64,000 nt of DNA from Octopus vulgaris (taxonomy: Eukaryota). Under the pieces are notes generated by a model that worked only from the letters and a program-made list of their open reading frames with translations, was not told the origin of the DNA and ran no database searches. Positions 1 to 13,920 of the stretch are shown piece by piece. The translations under genes were made by a program, and so were the position numbers. Within the stretch, counting starts at the first letter, position 1; the number at the start of each line of letters is the position of its first letter. The stretch is from NCBI GenBank assembly GCA_951406725.2, contig OX597821.1, positions 24,614,001 through 24,678,000 of the forward strand, given 5' to 3'.

Positions 1-377
1 AAACTAGATAAGTTCTGTTGTTTAAGTCAACGTTCTTGGGTTAAATTCAGGGTAACATAGATAAGAAAATTTACTTCTCATTGTTATGAGAGCTACATTC
101 AGCTTTCCAGTATGTATATATACGAACCCTTTCAGAATATTAGGAAAGAGTCGTTTTCGATTTCAGACTCAGCACGTTTTTCTATTCCTAGCAAACAGCC
201 TCTTCCTAACGTCTGCAACAGATGCAGTCATTACCAAAAGTGTTTGAGCTTCGACACTGCTATTTTCTCCTCACAGCTGTAAAACAGCTGACCTCTACCG
301 CCTTTTGTATATTGACCCTAATGTTGCACTCTCAGGAAAATAGAATCGGTAAGAAATAATTTGCTTATTTCTCTCTC

Positions 378-782
378 TACTCTTTTACTCTTTTACTTGT
401 TTCAGTCATTTGATTGCGGCCATGCTGGAGCACCGCCTTTAATCGAGCAACTCGACCCCGGGACTTATTCTTTTGTAAGCCCAGTACTTATTCTATCGGT
501 CTTTTTTGCCGAACCGCTAAGTAACGGGGACATAAACACACCAGCATCGGTTGTCAAGCAATGCTAGGGGACAAACACTGACACACAAACACGCACACGC
601 ATATATATATACATATATACGACGGGCTTCTTTCAGTTTCCGTCTACCAAACCCATTCACAAGGCTTTGGTCGGCCCGAGGCTATAGTAGAAGACACTTG
701 CCCAAGATGCGACGCAGTCGGACTGAACCCGGAACCATGTGGTTGGTAAACAAGCTACTTACCACACAGCCACTCCTGCGCC
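378..782 (-). mobile_element. tRNA-derived SINE family A (full length, internal CA/TA microsatellite, GTAAAAGA tail)
   Basis: Head GGCGCAGGAGTGGCTGTGTGG...GGTTCAGTCC has A and B boxes; many near-identical copies occur in the window. Confidence 0.88.
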
Positions 783-894
783 TTAATTTCTGTTGATTTT
801 TTTTTTTCATTTTTAATGGAGCATACTACCCTGTCTCGTGAAGTTTAAATAATCTAACATTATCTGTCAAATATCTGTCTGAGTATCTGTATTT

Positions 895-1075
895 GTGTTA
901 TGTTTGTCCTCCATCACCGCTTTTCAACTGATATCTGTTTTGGTACCAGTAAATTAGCCGTTCGGCAAAGAGACTGATAGGATATGTACATGGTTTTAAT
1001 TGTTAGACCAAACACTTCAAGGCGATGCCCCATCATGGCCGCAACCCAATGACTAAACAAGTAAAACGTAAAAGA
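895..1075 (+). mobile_element. decayed 3' half of SINE family A
   Basis: catggccgca...aatgactaaacaagtaaaa tail and gttcggcaaagagactgatag core. Confidence 0.65.
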
Positions 1076-1268
1076 TTTCAAACAGTCGAATAAATTTTAT
1101 GTCGCGTTATAGAGAAAAGTAACGTTTCTGTATATCTGTCTACGTTCTAAGTAGTACAAGTACAAGCCATACTAAGTTATTTTTCTTACGTCATATTTGC
1201 TTATATATCTGTGTATGCGCGCGCGTATGTGTATATATATATATATACACACACGCATACATACATAG

Positions 1269-1317
<49 letters not shown>

Positions 1318-1565
1318 AGTGATACTCAGTTTACCTACCATTATATAAAATACCAAATGTTCTTTCCCAAACCTTTCATAATGTGATACAAGTCTTTGGT
1401 GTAGCAATTGCATGCGGCTGAAAAGGGCTTTTAAACTATCTGTTATGTCGATTATATATTGATGTAAGAATAAGTTGTTTTATAAAGCTCGAAACATGTG
1501 CACCGCGACATCCTTTGTGTCCTGTTTTTCATTTTGTGCCCTGTTTGTCATTTTATTTCATTTGT

Positions 1566-1621
<56 letters not shown>

Positions 1622-2135
1622 CAAATAAGGGAGAAAAAAGACAACAAAAAACAACAATGCGAGGACGTGGTACATGCACAGTTTTAATAAGATGCTCAGA
1701 GAAGGAAAGAAAGAAATGTTTTACATTTCGAGCAAGCTCTGCTTCGGAAATAGGAGACATAGGAAGGTAAAAAAAAGGGGGGGCGGAACTTGCCAACAGT
1801 CCATGTGTAGTTTCATTATGTATATATTATATATATGCACACATATATTTACGTATGCATAAACAACAAACGATGGCCAAATGTCACTTCATTACAGCTG
1901 TTTCCAACGGGTTCTTAAAATAAATTAATGAGTACATTATACCATAACTAAAGAAAAACCGTTCTCTTCAGATAATACATAATATTTCAAAACAATATAA
2001 GAACAACACTTGACCACAGCAAGCGAACGGAACCTGATTCCAGGCAAGGCTGATGCATGGATAAACTGTTTAAATAGCTTCAGCTTCAAAGTTGCGGTCT
2101 TGCTGGAGCACCACCGTCGGCTGCGGTCATGCTGG

Positions 2136-2214
<79 letters not shown>

Positions 2215-2405
2215 AATGTGAGTGTGTATGTGAGTGTGTGAGTGTTTTATATATGTTTATATATATATATATGTATATATCTATATCTATATATATGTTT
2301 ATATGTATATATATATATACATACATAAAGCTATATATCCACCCATACAAAACATGCAAACATGCAAACATACACACACACAAACACGCAGAAACACACA
2401 CACAT

Positions 2406-2446
<41 letters not shown>

Positions 2447-2904
2447 AAGCTATATATCTATTCACACAAAACATACACAAGCATATACACGTGTGTGTAT
2501 ATGTGTGTGTTTATGTATGTATGTATGTATGCATGTATGTATGTATGTATGTATGTATGTATGTATGTATGTATGTATGTATGTATGCATGAATTTATGT
2601 ATGTATGTATGTGTGTATGTATGCATGTATGCATGCGTGTATGTATGTATGTATATATGTATGTATGTATGCATGTGTGTATGTATTTCATTATTCAGTT
2701 TTATTTCAAAATTTCTTGCCAATAGAGAAAGAGACAGTTTCCATGCTAGATCCAAAGATCCTTCATTGGAATTTCAACAACGTCAACAAGTATTTTTGTA
2801 TGTATGTGTACATATGTGCAGCTTTGTACGTTTTGTTTTATGTATGTATTCTGATGCATATAATTGCATGTCAAGATATATTCAAATGATAAATTTCTGG
2901 AAAG

Positions 2905-3345
2905 TTTTACAGGTTTTTAGTTCCAGTGATGACTTGGATCTTTAGTCTTCGAATCAGCTTTCTCCTGTCTGGTCTTGAGAAGCCTAATTTCTCAAGATTG
3001 GTATTCAGGCAGTGTGTTACATATTCCAGGACCCTAATAATTACAGGTATAAACCTGAACTTGTAATCCGGGTAAAGTAACTGTAGATTTCTTATTAGTT
3101 CAGCGTAGGTATTCTGTTTTGTCACTAATCTTCAGTTTTATGTTAACATCTGCTGGGCAACTGATTTCCACAACTGTACACAGTTTCTCTTCTCTGTCTC
3201 AAATCATTATATTAGGTCTGTTGTGCTTACATTTTATTGAGGTTTTCACTGGAACATTCCACCAGTATTCCTTTTTATTATGAGTGGCTGCCATACTGCA
3301 GGTTCTTATTTCTTTGTACTCGTGTTTATCCTTCCAACGGATTTC
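2905..3345 (-). mobile_element. non-LTR retrotransposon fragment with restriction-like endonuclease (R4/Dong-like)
   Basis: Degenerate translation RPNNMI..., VVEISCPAD, K..YAEL..LQLLYPDYKFRFIPVII, typical of the PD-(D/E)xK C-terminus. Confidence 0.7.
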
Positions 3346-3395
3346 ATTATATACATCTTGTCTCATGTATGTATATATGTATGTATGGATGGATG

Positions 3396-3438
<43 letters not shown>

Positions 3439-3656
3439 TGAAAGTAATAAAGTAGGTAGTTACGTCCTACCTATGTTTCAAAGGCATACCGAACGAATAT
3501 TACATATCTTAAATGTGCTACATAGATGTTCAGCATTCCTTCTCCTTGGGTACCACGACCATTTTGTATCTCACTAATTTATTTCATATTCATAAATGCA
3601 AACACACATATATAAGTATCTATGTATGTATGTATGTATGCATGCATGTATTTTTT

Positions 3657-3958
3657 TTTTACTTGTTTCAGTCATTTGACTGCAGCCATGATGGAGCACC
3701 GCCTTTAGTCGAGCAAATCGACTCCAGTACTTATTCTATCGGTCTCTTTTGCCGAACCGCTAAGTGACGGGGACGTAAACACACCGGCATCAGTTGTCAA
3801 GCAATGCTAGGGGGACAAACACAGACACACAAACACACACATATATATATATACATATATACGACAGGCTTCTTTCAGTTTCCGTCTACCAAATCCACTC
3901 ACAAGGCATTGGTCGGCCCGGGGCTATAGCAGAAGACACTTGCCCAAGATACCACTCA
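3657..3958 (-). mobile_element. SINE family A, 5'-truncated
   Basis: Colinear with 378-710. Confidence 0.85.
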
Positions 3959-4808
3959 GTATGTATGTATGTATGTATGTATGTATGTATGTATGTATGT
4001 ATGTATGTATGTATGTATATAGAAATTTGTGTGACTGTGTGTATCGATACAATGATATTCAGAAGGTTATAAATCATATTTTCTCCTGAAACTCCGTAGA
4101 TTGTGGCTCTGAGTTTCACAATTTATTGATTATCAAGTAATTAAACACTTTTCTTATTTGAAAGACAGAAACATTTGAATGTATACGTTGGCTATGTAAA
4201 ACCATTTGACATAACTGGACAAGGGTGCAGACTTGCTGATGAGGTTAGATAAAAATATTTTTTATGATAGTTTGGGCTGAGCCAGTACCTTGCTAATGGG
4301 AGTCAATAGATAGATGTGTTACAGAAGCCGTTTTATATGAATATGCGTGTATATGTTTTTGTAAGTACGTGTGTCTGCGTGTGCATGCGTGTGGGCATGA
4401 AGGCGATTGAGAGGAACGGGGAGACAGACAGACAGACAGACAGACAGACAGTTGGAAAAGGTGAAGGATATTAAGTTTTCAAGATGCTGGATATGTCCGG
4501 AGGTTACGACATATGGATAATGTAAAATGTATTAAGGGGAGATAATCCTGTATGATGAATGTAGGGGAGGATTAGTGATGTCAGTAAATGCGTGAGGTAG
4601 TGGCTGTTTCATCACACACCGTAACACCGCTATCATGACCATGTTCATAACCATCATCATCATCATCATCATGAACAACAAAAGCAACAATCATCATTAT
4701 CATCGATTACACTGGACACTCAGCCAACTGGAGCAGATTAACATCATATTAATTATCAGCCAGTGAATTAGAGCTTGTACATAATTGCACACTGGCGTAC
4801 AGTTACAC

Positions 4809-4903
<95 letters not shown>

Positions 4904-4904
4904 T

Positions 4905-4940
<36 letters not shown>

Positions 4941-5144
4941 TCACACCGACATACACACACACAGACACACACAACGCACACACGCACGCACACACACGCA
5001 CACACACACATACAAAGACTGTGGTAAATATTTGTGTAACATCATATAACATGCTAAAAATATGTTCTATGAGTGCATTTGATCCTGTATATGTGTGTTT
5101 GCATTGATAATATATATGCGTGTGTGTGTGTGTGTTTATATATG

Positions 5145-5251
<107 letters not shown>

Positions 5252-5261
5252 ATATGTATAT

Positions 5262-6300
5262 AAATAACAAAGATGGCTTATTCGCAATTTACAACCGAGA
5301 GGCAAAAATATAGACGTCACTAAAGTGACTAAGGGCACTGGCATAAGATATTTTCTTCCAACATAATAACCAGTTTCGTTATCGCTTTTCAAATTCTGAG
5401 TTTTGGATAAATTTCCGAATTAGATATTTTGTTTGTTAGGGGGAATAATTGGTAAACAAGGTATTTTACAGTAAAGTGGATCTGTAAATTTTTTTATTGG
5501 TCTAAATTTGTTTCTTACAATAGATTGGGTAAATCTTTAATTTTCAATATGGGCTTATATTTAATTCCGGCTTATATTTTTAGATAAATAAGGCCTCTTT
5601 ATTTTGTCGTACTTGTGTTGAGATCCAAATAGCAAATAATGACACCAGTGAATTCATATAAAGCTAGAAGAGTTGCGGAAAGGGCAGGACATGCTCTCGT
5701 CCGTGAGAGGAACCATTACAACCGTCGGAAAAAGAAACATCAACTAAATAACGAGCTTATCTTCATAGAAAAATAACCTGAGATGATGATAGAAAGAGAA
5801 TCCAAGATCTAGAAAAGTTGTAAAACCATCTAACTTTCCCGGATTGCTCCTATTCCATAATTATGGGGTATGTTTGTGTATAGTTTTATCACTTCAAATG
5901 TAACCATGACTGTTTCTTCTTTGACCTTTCCTGGCAGGTACTTTAACATATCTAAGTTATCTCTAATATAACTTTTGATGTATTTTCGAAAAAGTTTCGG
6001 GAGGATATCCATGAGGCAACTTAATCGCTTTTTCACGAGCTATAATGGGCCATAATTTTAGGTCTCCTGGTGCTGGTGTATGTATGTATGTATGTATGTA
6101 TGTATGTATGTATGTATGTATGTATGTATGTATGTATGTATGTATGTATGTGTGCATGCATGCATGTATGTATGTACGCCTTTTGTGATTTTTTATGGCT
6201 TCGTTTATAGTTTGGCTTTGTGAATTTTCGGTAGACCATAGAATAGGATAGGCTTACATCAAAAGTTTGTTAAATAATCTATTTCCTTTTTTGTTAGGTC
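5262..6300 (-). mobile_element. Penelope-like element remnant (RT and GIY-YIG C-terminus), broken by microsatellites
   Basis: LFYGLPKIHK (about 6246-6217), LKLWPIIA, SYIRD, VTFEVIKLYTNIPH (PLE RT motifs) and EALFI/KKYKPELN near 5560-5600. Confidence 0.8.
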
Positions 6301-6310
6301 TTTATATATA

Positions 6311-6383
<73 letters not shown>

Positions 6384-6436
6384 GTATATATACATTTGTA
6401 TGTATGTATGTATATGCGTGTGTGTGTATATATACA

Positions 6437-6997
6437 TACGAGCAAAACAAGCCCCCCCTCCAATGGACAGTGCTGAGTTGTCAAACATTTAAACCAAATT
6501 TTATCAAAACAACTTGTCCGACCGTCCCATAGGCCTCCTCTTTGAGAAACACTAATTTAACCTAAATTTGAGACACCAGCAAAAACAGAAATAAAGATAG
6601 ACTTTTTTCTATTCCAAAGAAAAACGATTTTATTCACACAAATATGCAACCGAAGCGTTTAAAGTATCAGTAATGATAATACTGCTGACTGGGAGAACAC
6701 AAACATTGTTTAAACAGTAAGCTTGGCTGGAAAGAAACGTGCCTTTAAGCAGTACAAAAACAACGAAAAATGGAAGGTGCAGTTATGTACAGGTTGACGG
6801 AAGAAAAGCAGGACAAAAACGGATTTATCGATCTCATTCACACCTAGAATCGATTTTTGTAATTTTCTCAAGACTTTTACACGCCCTGATACCGTCGGTA
6901 TCTACATATTAAACTTGAGCGCAATCGGATGGAGGATGCCCGAGATCCGAGAGGACACACAGACAGACAGAACGGATTTTATATAAGATATATATAC

Positions 6998-6998
<1 letters not shown>
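6437..6998 (-). mobile_element. putative non-autonomous Helitron-like element
   Basis: 5' end TATATATCTTATATAAAATCCGTTCTGTCTG; 3' end has a GC-rich subterminal segment then GCTCGT. No TSD or TIR seen. Confidence 0.4.
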
Positions 6999-7054
<56 letters not shown>

Positions 7055-7158
7055 TAGATATAGATATATATATATAGATAGATAGATAGATAGATAGACA
7101 GACATACAGACAGACAGACAGACAGACAGATAGATATAGATATATATATATAGATAGA

Positions 7159-7233
<75 letters not shown>

Positions 7234-7289
7234 CTATTCATCGATGTTCATGACGACGTTGTCCTCTAGGAGTCTTATCCTGCATTTTG

Positions 7290-7595
7290 TGAGTTGATAG
7301 ATGTAAAAAAACAGTCCAATCCTGGAATAGCATGTCCTTGAACACAGATGACAAGGGAAGTTGTCGATTCAGTTGTTGGTGAGTCTGAGATGATATTGAC
7401 GTCTCTTTTCCTTGAGTTTTTCACGTCGGATTAGTGCAAAGTTTGCAGCTCCTTCGTCGCAGATGGCGCGTCACGTTTGTCAGTTCCGAGCAAAGTGTTC
7501 AAGTTGTGCCGGTTGAATGTTTCAGGAGTTGAGGACAAGTTTAAGATGGTCCCTGAACCTCTTTTTGAGTCCGTGCAGGCGAACACCGTTTGATG
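7290..7595 (-). mobile_element. RTE-clade LINE 3' coding fragment
   Basis: G.R..G.KKRFRDHLKLVL...FPCHLCSRTCYSRIGL with in-frame stops (RTE C-terminus and Zn finger). Confidence 0.75.
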
Positions 7596-7606
7596 AAAAA
7601 AAAACG

Positions 7607-7642
<36 letters not shown>

Positions 7643-7678
7643 TATATTTATATTTATATTTATATATATACATATATA

Positions 7679-7721
<43 letters not shown>

Positions 7722-8277
7722 ATGTGTGCATGTATGTGTGTGTGTGTATGTGTGTTAATCTGGAAAGGTAGTCCTGTTGCATTTTTAACATGATTACTTT
7801 GAGGTACTCTTTCATTATTTATGATAAAAGAAGAATTAATTTTTACCTTCTAAAGTTTAATATATAGATTGCTATAGATCTTAGAGATAAAATTCGTATC
7901 GGTTTTACCCTTTTAAGTGATTGTATATCAGACCCATATTAGCAAAAGTGGCTTTTCAGCGTTTAAAACTGATAGAAATATTTGTTCTATGGTCATTGTT
8001 CCCCTCGATCATGTTTTGTGAATGGTGAACTTCTGAAAATCGTAGCTGACGAAAATCAAAATTACACTGCATGGAAATGGCAAAACGGTTCCGTTCCAGT
8101 CACACTTCGGTAATAAAATACCTTTACCTGCTAGAAAAACGGTCTAGGCTTAGTGAGTCCCTCAACATCTGACTGTGCAGTTAATACCGGAGAACTATTG
8201 ACGCCAGTTGGCAACATTATACAAAAATTTGCATAATTTAATGAATCAACCACGACGAAGCTCGAATTTATACACAG

Positions 8278-8351
<74 letters not shown>

Positions 8352-8965
8352 GTGTGTGCGTGTGTGTGTGCGTGTGTGCGTGTGTGCGTGTGTGTGTATG
8401 TGTGTGTGTCTGCTTGCGTGCGCGTGTGTGTGTGTGTGTACGCATATACATAGCGATGTCAATAAACCATTGCTAGAACTCAATATAATTATGCTTTAGA
8501 ATAAACCATCAGGTGGGTATAGAGCGTAACATATACATACTAATAAATGACAAAAGAACAGGAGTTATGTAATCACTATCATTACAACTCTTCCTGCTAT
8601 AAGAAGCAGTGTACTTTGAGCGGAGAGCTTGGGCAACACTCTTTGGCAGCAATCGTATAATATATCACAGAATCGGCAGTAAATACTACGGATTCGTTTA
8701 TGAGATTATATCGTAATTGCTCAAGTTACTCATAAGATGTGCAAACGTCCTATGACTCTTTCGAATCAATGTTTTCGAATTATAATAATTTCTAATATAG
8801 CCACAAGGATAGAAATTTCAGAAGGCATTTAATCGATTATATAAACTCTTAGAAAATGATGGATAATTCATTTTATCAACAACAAAATGATAAAAACCCA
8901 ATACGACATAGTCGAGATTTGAACATAGAATATATAAATAGTCGAAAAATAAAAAGCTAATAAAT

Positions 8966-9038
8966 CGACCACGACGAGACTCGAACTCGCAATCTTCTGA
9001 TTCGAAGTCAGACGCCTTATCCATTAGGCCACGCGGCC
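8966..9038 (-). tRNA. tRNA-Arg (anticodon TCG)
   Basis: GGCCGCGTGGCCTAATGGATAAGGCGTCTGACTTCGAATCAGAAGATTGCGAGTTCGAGTCTCGTCGTGGTCG, 73 nt. The cloverleaf folds, A and B boxes are intact, and T-run Pol III terminators follow about 10 nt downstream. Confidence 0.95.
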
Positions 9039-9509
9039 GTACGCTAAATCGACTCACTATAGTTCGTATTGATTGTTTACCTTGTATGAGTAGAATACTA
9101 ATAGTATTTATTATGATTGCAGTAACAATGTTAACTGGGGGAAGAGATCAATAAGAACACAGGATGTACTGCTGGTGCTTATTTTATTGCGAATAAAATG
9201 GTAACAGAGTGTATCGCCTTCGACATAAACCAAAGCAGGTATCTCAAATAACCACGTATGACTTCGAACTTTATTTGAGCTACACATAGAGTTTTTGGTA
9301 ATTTTTCAGAGTAACACCTGCACGATTTTCACTAAGAAAAACAAAACACGGATGTTTTGTGTGGAATCAAGTATCCTGACCTCCTGATATGCTGCAAATC
9401 CCTTATTTTGTTTCGGGAAACGGGGTGGCGAATGCAGGGTCCCTGATTCATTGCAATTTTTTTCTTTTTTAATGAATTCCTGTGACATCCTAATATGCTA
9501 CAAAACCCT

Positions 9510-10110
9510 TTTAGGGGTCCGAAAGACGGAGTGCGGTGAGGTGGAAGCCTCGGAAATTTGACCCACCCCTACCCCCATTGATCTTTTCACCAGCACGAAT
9601 TTCACTAAGGAAAAAAAATCCTATGATCCATGCACCAATGTCCATTAAGGACGTTAACTGGGGAAGGTAGAACCGAACGTGCGGTGACCACACCTGCTCT
9701 CCATCCAGGTAAAGCCAGAGGTGCCTCAACCTTAAAGCGAAGGCATACCTAGTCCATCCTTTAGCGGTTTCTGGCAGCAGACAGAGCGCTTTAAAAGTGG
9801 CTTCCCTCCCTTCTACAAAAAGCAGAAAAGGATTCTCTCCAACTTGTTCAGCCACAAATCGGGGCAAGGCACCACGGTCAGGCGGTAGGTGATTACTAAT
9901 GCTATAAACATCTGCACCACCTCGGCCCTCCCTAGCAGGGATAACGCCCGCCCAGACCAGGCCTGGGTTAGAGCAGTCACCTTGCTGGTCACCTCACTCC
10001 AATTTTTCTCTATCTGGAGGTCTGGACCAATCCAGACTCCGAGCAACTTAACAGGACCTTCCGTCTAAAGCCTCACGGTGTTATTGGATGCCATCGGCTT
10101 GCTCTTCCAT
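9510..10110 (-). mobile_element. Tx1/L1-clade LINE ORF2 fragment
   Basis: LLGVWIGPD...KNW...W.GRALSLLGRAEVV...ALRLRHLW, the region following the RT core in L1/Tx1. Confidence 0.7.
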
Positions 10111-10111
10111 C

Positions 10112-10700
10112 ATTTTTGTGACGAGAAAGTAGCATAATGCAAGTTTCCAAACGTTGCTGTTTCTGATTTTCAATGAGTTCATGTGGAACCCACTTATCCA
10201 ACTTTTTCACTTCACAAATTTGAACTAGGTGAGTCAATATTGTTTACTTGCTAACACCATAATTCACGGGCACTTTGAGATTGATCTGACTTGACGGTGG
10301 CTTTCAGTTCGTCATTATCCACCTATGTTTCTGGTCGACCACGTTGATTATTTGTGAGGTCAAAGTTACCAGAGCGAAATTTTGCAAACCAATTTGATAC
10401 TAGCTGCTGTGTAATGATATTAGAATGAAATACTCCATTAATATTCCGAGCTGTCTGTGATGCTATATTTCCAAGAAAAAACTCATATTTCAAAAATGTG
10501 CGAATTTCCGACTTATCCATCTCTAAACAAAAACAGCAAAATACGATTTATAAACTGCAAAATGAGTTAGAATAAAGAAAAAGATGTGTCAGCTTTTTGA
10601 CAAAAAATAAAAATTGTCAGAATATAATAATGGCGCAAAATGATCAGCTGTCAAAGTTTACCATGTACCTTACTACAAATTCCATATTTGACGACCTAAT
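10112..10700 (-). mobile_element. mariner transposon 5' portion
   Basis: MDKSEIRTFLKYEF...WFAKFRSGNFDL...RGRP (HTH), KWVPHEL motif at about 10200-10175, terminus TA|TTAGGTCGTC at about 10701. Confidence 0.85.
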
Positions 10701-10837
10701 ACTACGCTTTGACAAGTTTTGATATCTTGGCATCTGAAGCAGCTGGAGATACGATAGTTTGACCAAAAGAACCGGCTATTGCAAACAAAAATGAATATTG
10801 AAAAAAAACAACCCATTTGGTCATATTTGGACATACG

Positions 10838-10926
10838 ACCGTTTAACATAGTAGGAACGATATATATTTCATCTCGGAATGTCTGACATTAAATCAGAGG
10901 ACTGTGAGATCGAATCTCGACGCAAT
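10838..10926 (+). pseudogene. decayed tRNA-Arg pseudogene
   Basis: 10881-10922 matches the anticodon arm to acceptor stem of the 8966-9038 tRNA at 33/42 positions. The anticodon and T-loop are mutated and a T-run follows. Confidence 0.65.
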
Positions 10927-11792
10927 GTTTTTTAATTATGCATATGATGTGCATTTAGCTATGGTAAATCCCCTTTGGCCCTGACTGCAATGACCTGAGG
11001 AGGGTTTGGCATTCTAATTCCTGTTTATGTCAGTAGCTGTTCTACCTTCCATCTGCTCGTTGTGAATGACAATAATTCCTAGTTGTTATTGTTATGTGAC
11101 GTTACGCCAGCCATGATCAAACAGACCGATAACATGTACGCAAAGCGTGGAAGGACTTGGTCCAATCTACTGGTCAGCCCTTCGGTATGTATGTCATACA
11201 TTTACTTAGCTGAGGCCTATACAGCACATTTTGGTACCTAGTTCGTCTAAATATATTGTACTCTTTCTTGTCTCTTTCTTAGTGGTGGCCATAGCGAAGA
11301 TGTACAAAATAAACTCAGTCTGAATGTGCCAATGACTGTTCCTCTGCAGGTTTTATTGTTTATAACTTCCAGTAATATTCTGTGGTTTTATCATTGCAGA
11401 TGTTGTGACTGTTATCAACAATCGAAACCTCTACAAAGTTATAAGACCTGCTGAGAATAGTAGTCAACTTCCTTTCACATCATACTCTACCAACTTAAAA
11501 AGGAAGAATACATTACATAATGCAGTTCCTGCGTTCAGTATGATTGAAAAAATGGAATGGCCGTTGCCGGAAAGCTTTCGGTCATGGATATGCCGAATTA
11601 GGGCTGATCACAGGTTAAATAGCTTAATAGGTTTGCTATAGACAGGATAGAATAAACTATGAGCAACTAAATGTATTTGCTATAGATATGACAGAATAAA
11701 CCGTTAGTGACTAAAAGTATTGTTATAGACACGATAGATTAAATCTTTGGTTAAGTAGTAGTTGTATATATTTACTAATGTCACAACAGACC

Positions 11793-12018
11793 AGGACCTG
11801 GCGGAAACGTTAGCACGCCGACCGAAATGCGGAGCCGTATTTTCTCTGTCGTTACGTTCTGAGTTCAAATTCCGCCGAGGTCGACTTTGCCTTTCATCCT
11901 TTCGGGGTCGATAAATAAAGTACCAGTTTCCCACTGGGGTCGATGTAATCGACTTAATCCGTTTGTCTGTCCTTGTTTGTCCCCTCTATGTTTAGCCCCT
12001 TGTGGGCAGTAAAGAAAT
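11793..12018 (+). mobile_element. tRNA-derived SINE family B
   Basis: ctggcggaaacgttagcacgcc...gagttcaaattccgccgaggtcgactttgcctttcatcctttcggggtcga with B box GAGTTCAAATTC; multiple copies in the window. Confidence 0.85.
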
Positions 12019-12140
12019 ATATTTATTGAGTTTGTTTATTAGTTGGTCAGTAAAATTAGTTAGTTAGTTAGTTAGGTAGGTAGGCAAGCAGGCAATAAGT
12101 ATTTTAGCCAGAAGCACGACAGAACAGAATATTGGTCATA

Positions 12141-12357
12141 CGAGGATGTGCTGAAAAGTTCCTAGCTTTTGGTAAAAGAAAAATAGAGGAAGATCAGTTA
12201 ATAATGATTTTATTCAGCATACTCCCCTCTCAGATTCACACACATATTGCAGCGGTCCTTCAGTTTTTCTAAGCCCTGTGAAAGAACGCAGAGGGTTGGG
12301 CCTCCAACCAGGTCTTTCGAAAGACCCTTGAAGCCAGGAACTTGTCAGCACCCATCG
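12141..12357. mobile_element. mariner-derived MITE
   Basis: About 27-bp imperfect TIRs (CGAGGATGTGCTGAAAAGTTCCTAGCTT / AAGCCAGGAACTTGTCAGCACCCATCG) flanked by TA on both sides. Confidence 0.8.
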
Positions 12358-13654
12358 TAGTGAGTAACTAACTAAATTTATATGCCTAAGACAAAACCGT
12401 TAATTATTTAGTAAATAAATACATTTGCAATAAACACGTCAAAACCTACAATTGATTAGTTACAAACTAATGATTAATATAGAGAAAATATTTATTATTT
12501 TGAGAGAACAATTTTTGCTAACGTATTCGTTACAGACTTTCGATAAGTTTTATCTCCAGCATTAAACTACCTGTGATGTGCAGTTTCTGATGTTTATAAC
12601 ATGACGGGCTTAGTACATCTTTCGAGCGTTTATTTTCACTCTCATTTCTTTGACTTCTATTCCTGGTCGTTTTACTGTCTTATTTCTGGATATTTTCGAA
12701 TCCAATATGGTTGAAATTTAAATCTTCGTCCTAGTCCACTCTAACGCTGTGTTAGTATTTATGCAGGAGCACAAGACCAGACGACAACCGGAGATCGATC
12801 AGATGGGAATGAAATGTACATGATGTATATTGTAAAGATACACTTTAGCCCGTCTTTGTCTGGCCAACGCATTTTCAAAAGTGTTTTATTTTTCCTAAAC
12901 GTCCATGCATTTAGTTTAGCCCATGTTTCATACGTCCCAAGTAATAAGCAATAAAGATTTTCTTTCATAAGTCCCAAGTTACTCAAATGTTTGGAAAAAG
13001 TTGGAAATATGTACCGTATAGAATGCATGGCCGCCAGGGAAATATGTCATGTGTATCACATGTGATGCACAGAAGAGACAATGAGTTAAAGATGTGGTCG
13101 AATAGTTTGAAAATTATATTCTATCTTAAGCTTCCTATAAAGCGGTTCTTTAACTTTCTTTAACACATGCTAAATTTCTTTTCAGTCTGAAATCTTTTGT
13201 TAAAATTTCAGTCAAAACTTTAATGAAATTTTTTCTTAAATTTTTGTGAAATTTTTCGTCATAATTCTATTAAAAACAGTAAATCTTTCTCTCTTTGTTT
13301 CTGTACATTACTTTCTTAATAATGACAATTTAACTTCCTGATTATAGGTAAGTTCCATCAGACGAAACTCCGACAAATACTAAAATAATATCAATAATAT
13401 TTAAAAAAACCACTAGCGACTGTCGTATAGGAAGAGGTAACTCAGCTTTCGGCAAGACAGGCGTGTTACACAGTTTCCATCCCATCTCATTCGTCGCTAT
13501 CACCCTTGGGAAATGTATAACCACTCTCTTATTATAGTCATTTTTTTTTCTTTACGAAAATATTAGAACTATTCTATTCAAAGACAAATCAAAATTTAAT
13601 AAACCCTTATATATATATCAAACGAAGAAAAAAAAAGAAACGCTTTTCCACTTC

Positions 13655-13920
13655 TTTCCCGCCTGCACAAAACATGGCGTCTGACTTACCGAGGACGGTG
13701 ATGTATAATTACACAGTGGACACAGTCGGACCGGAAACTGTACTGTTAGCAAAATGGTGGGGGATAATTGGACGCAGATATTTTTGCTTATGGATTTCCT
13801 TGCCAAACTCTGTCGTGTGTGTGTGCGCGCGCGCGCTTGCGCGTGTATGTGTAATACAGAGGGAGTGAGAGAGAGAGAGAGAGAAAGTGAGAGAGAGAAA
13901 GAAAGAGAAAAGATGGCGGT
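13655..13920 (-). promoter_or_regulatory. candidate housekeeping-type promoter and first exon of a leftward-transcribed gene
   Basis: Strong donor CG|GTAAGT at 13689-13684 (minus), YY1-type motifs AACATGGCG (about 13671) and AAGATGGCGG (13910-13919), E2F-like TTTCCCGC (about 13655), ETS-like CCGGAA (about 13731), locally CpG-rich. Confidence 0.45.

Noticed and set aside
277-348. Possible 72-nt plus-strand exon (ctcacAG ... G|GTAAGA)
   Set aside because: It has good splice signals, but the peptide is unrecognisable and no partner exons were found.
4225-4310. CTGATGA hammerhead-like heptamer (also at about 33353-33347 on minus)
   Set aside because: There is no correctly placed GAAA / stem III / NUH; at best a dead relic.
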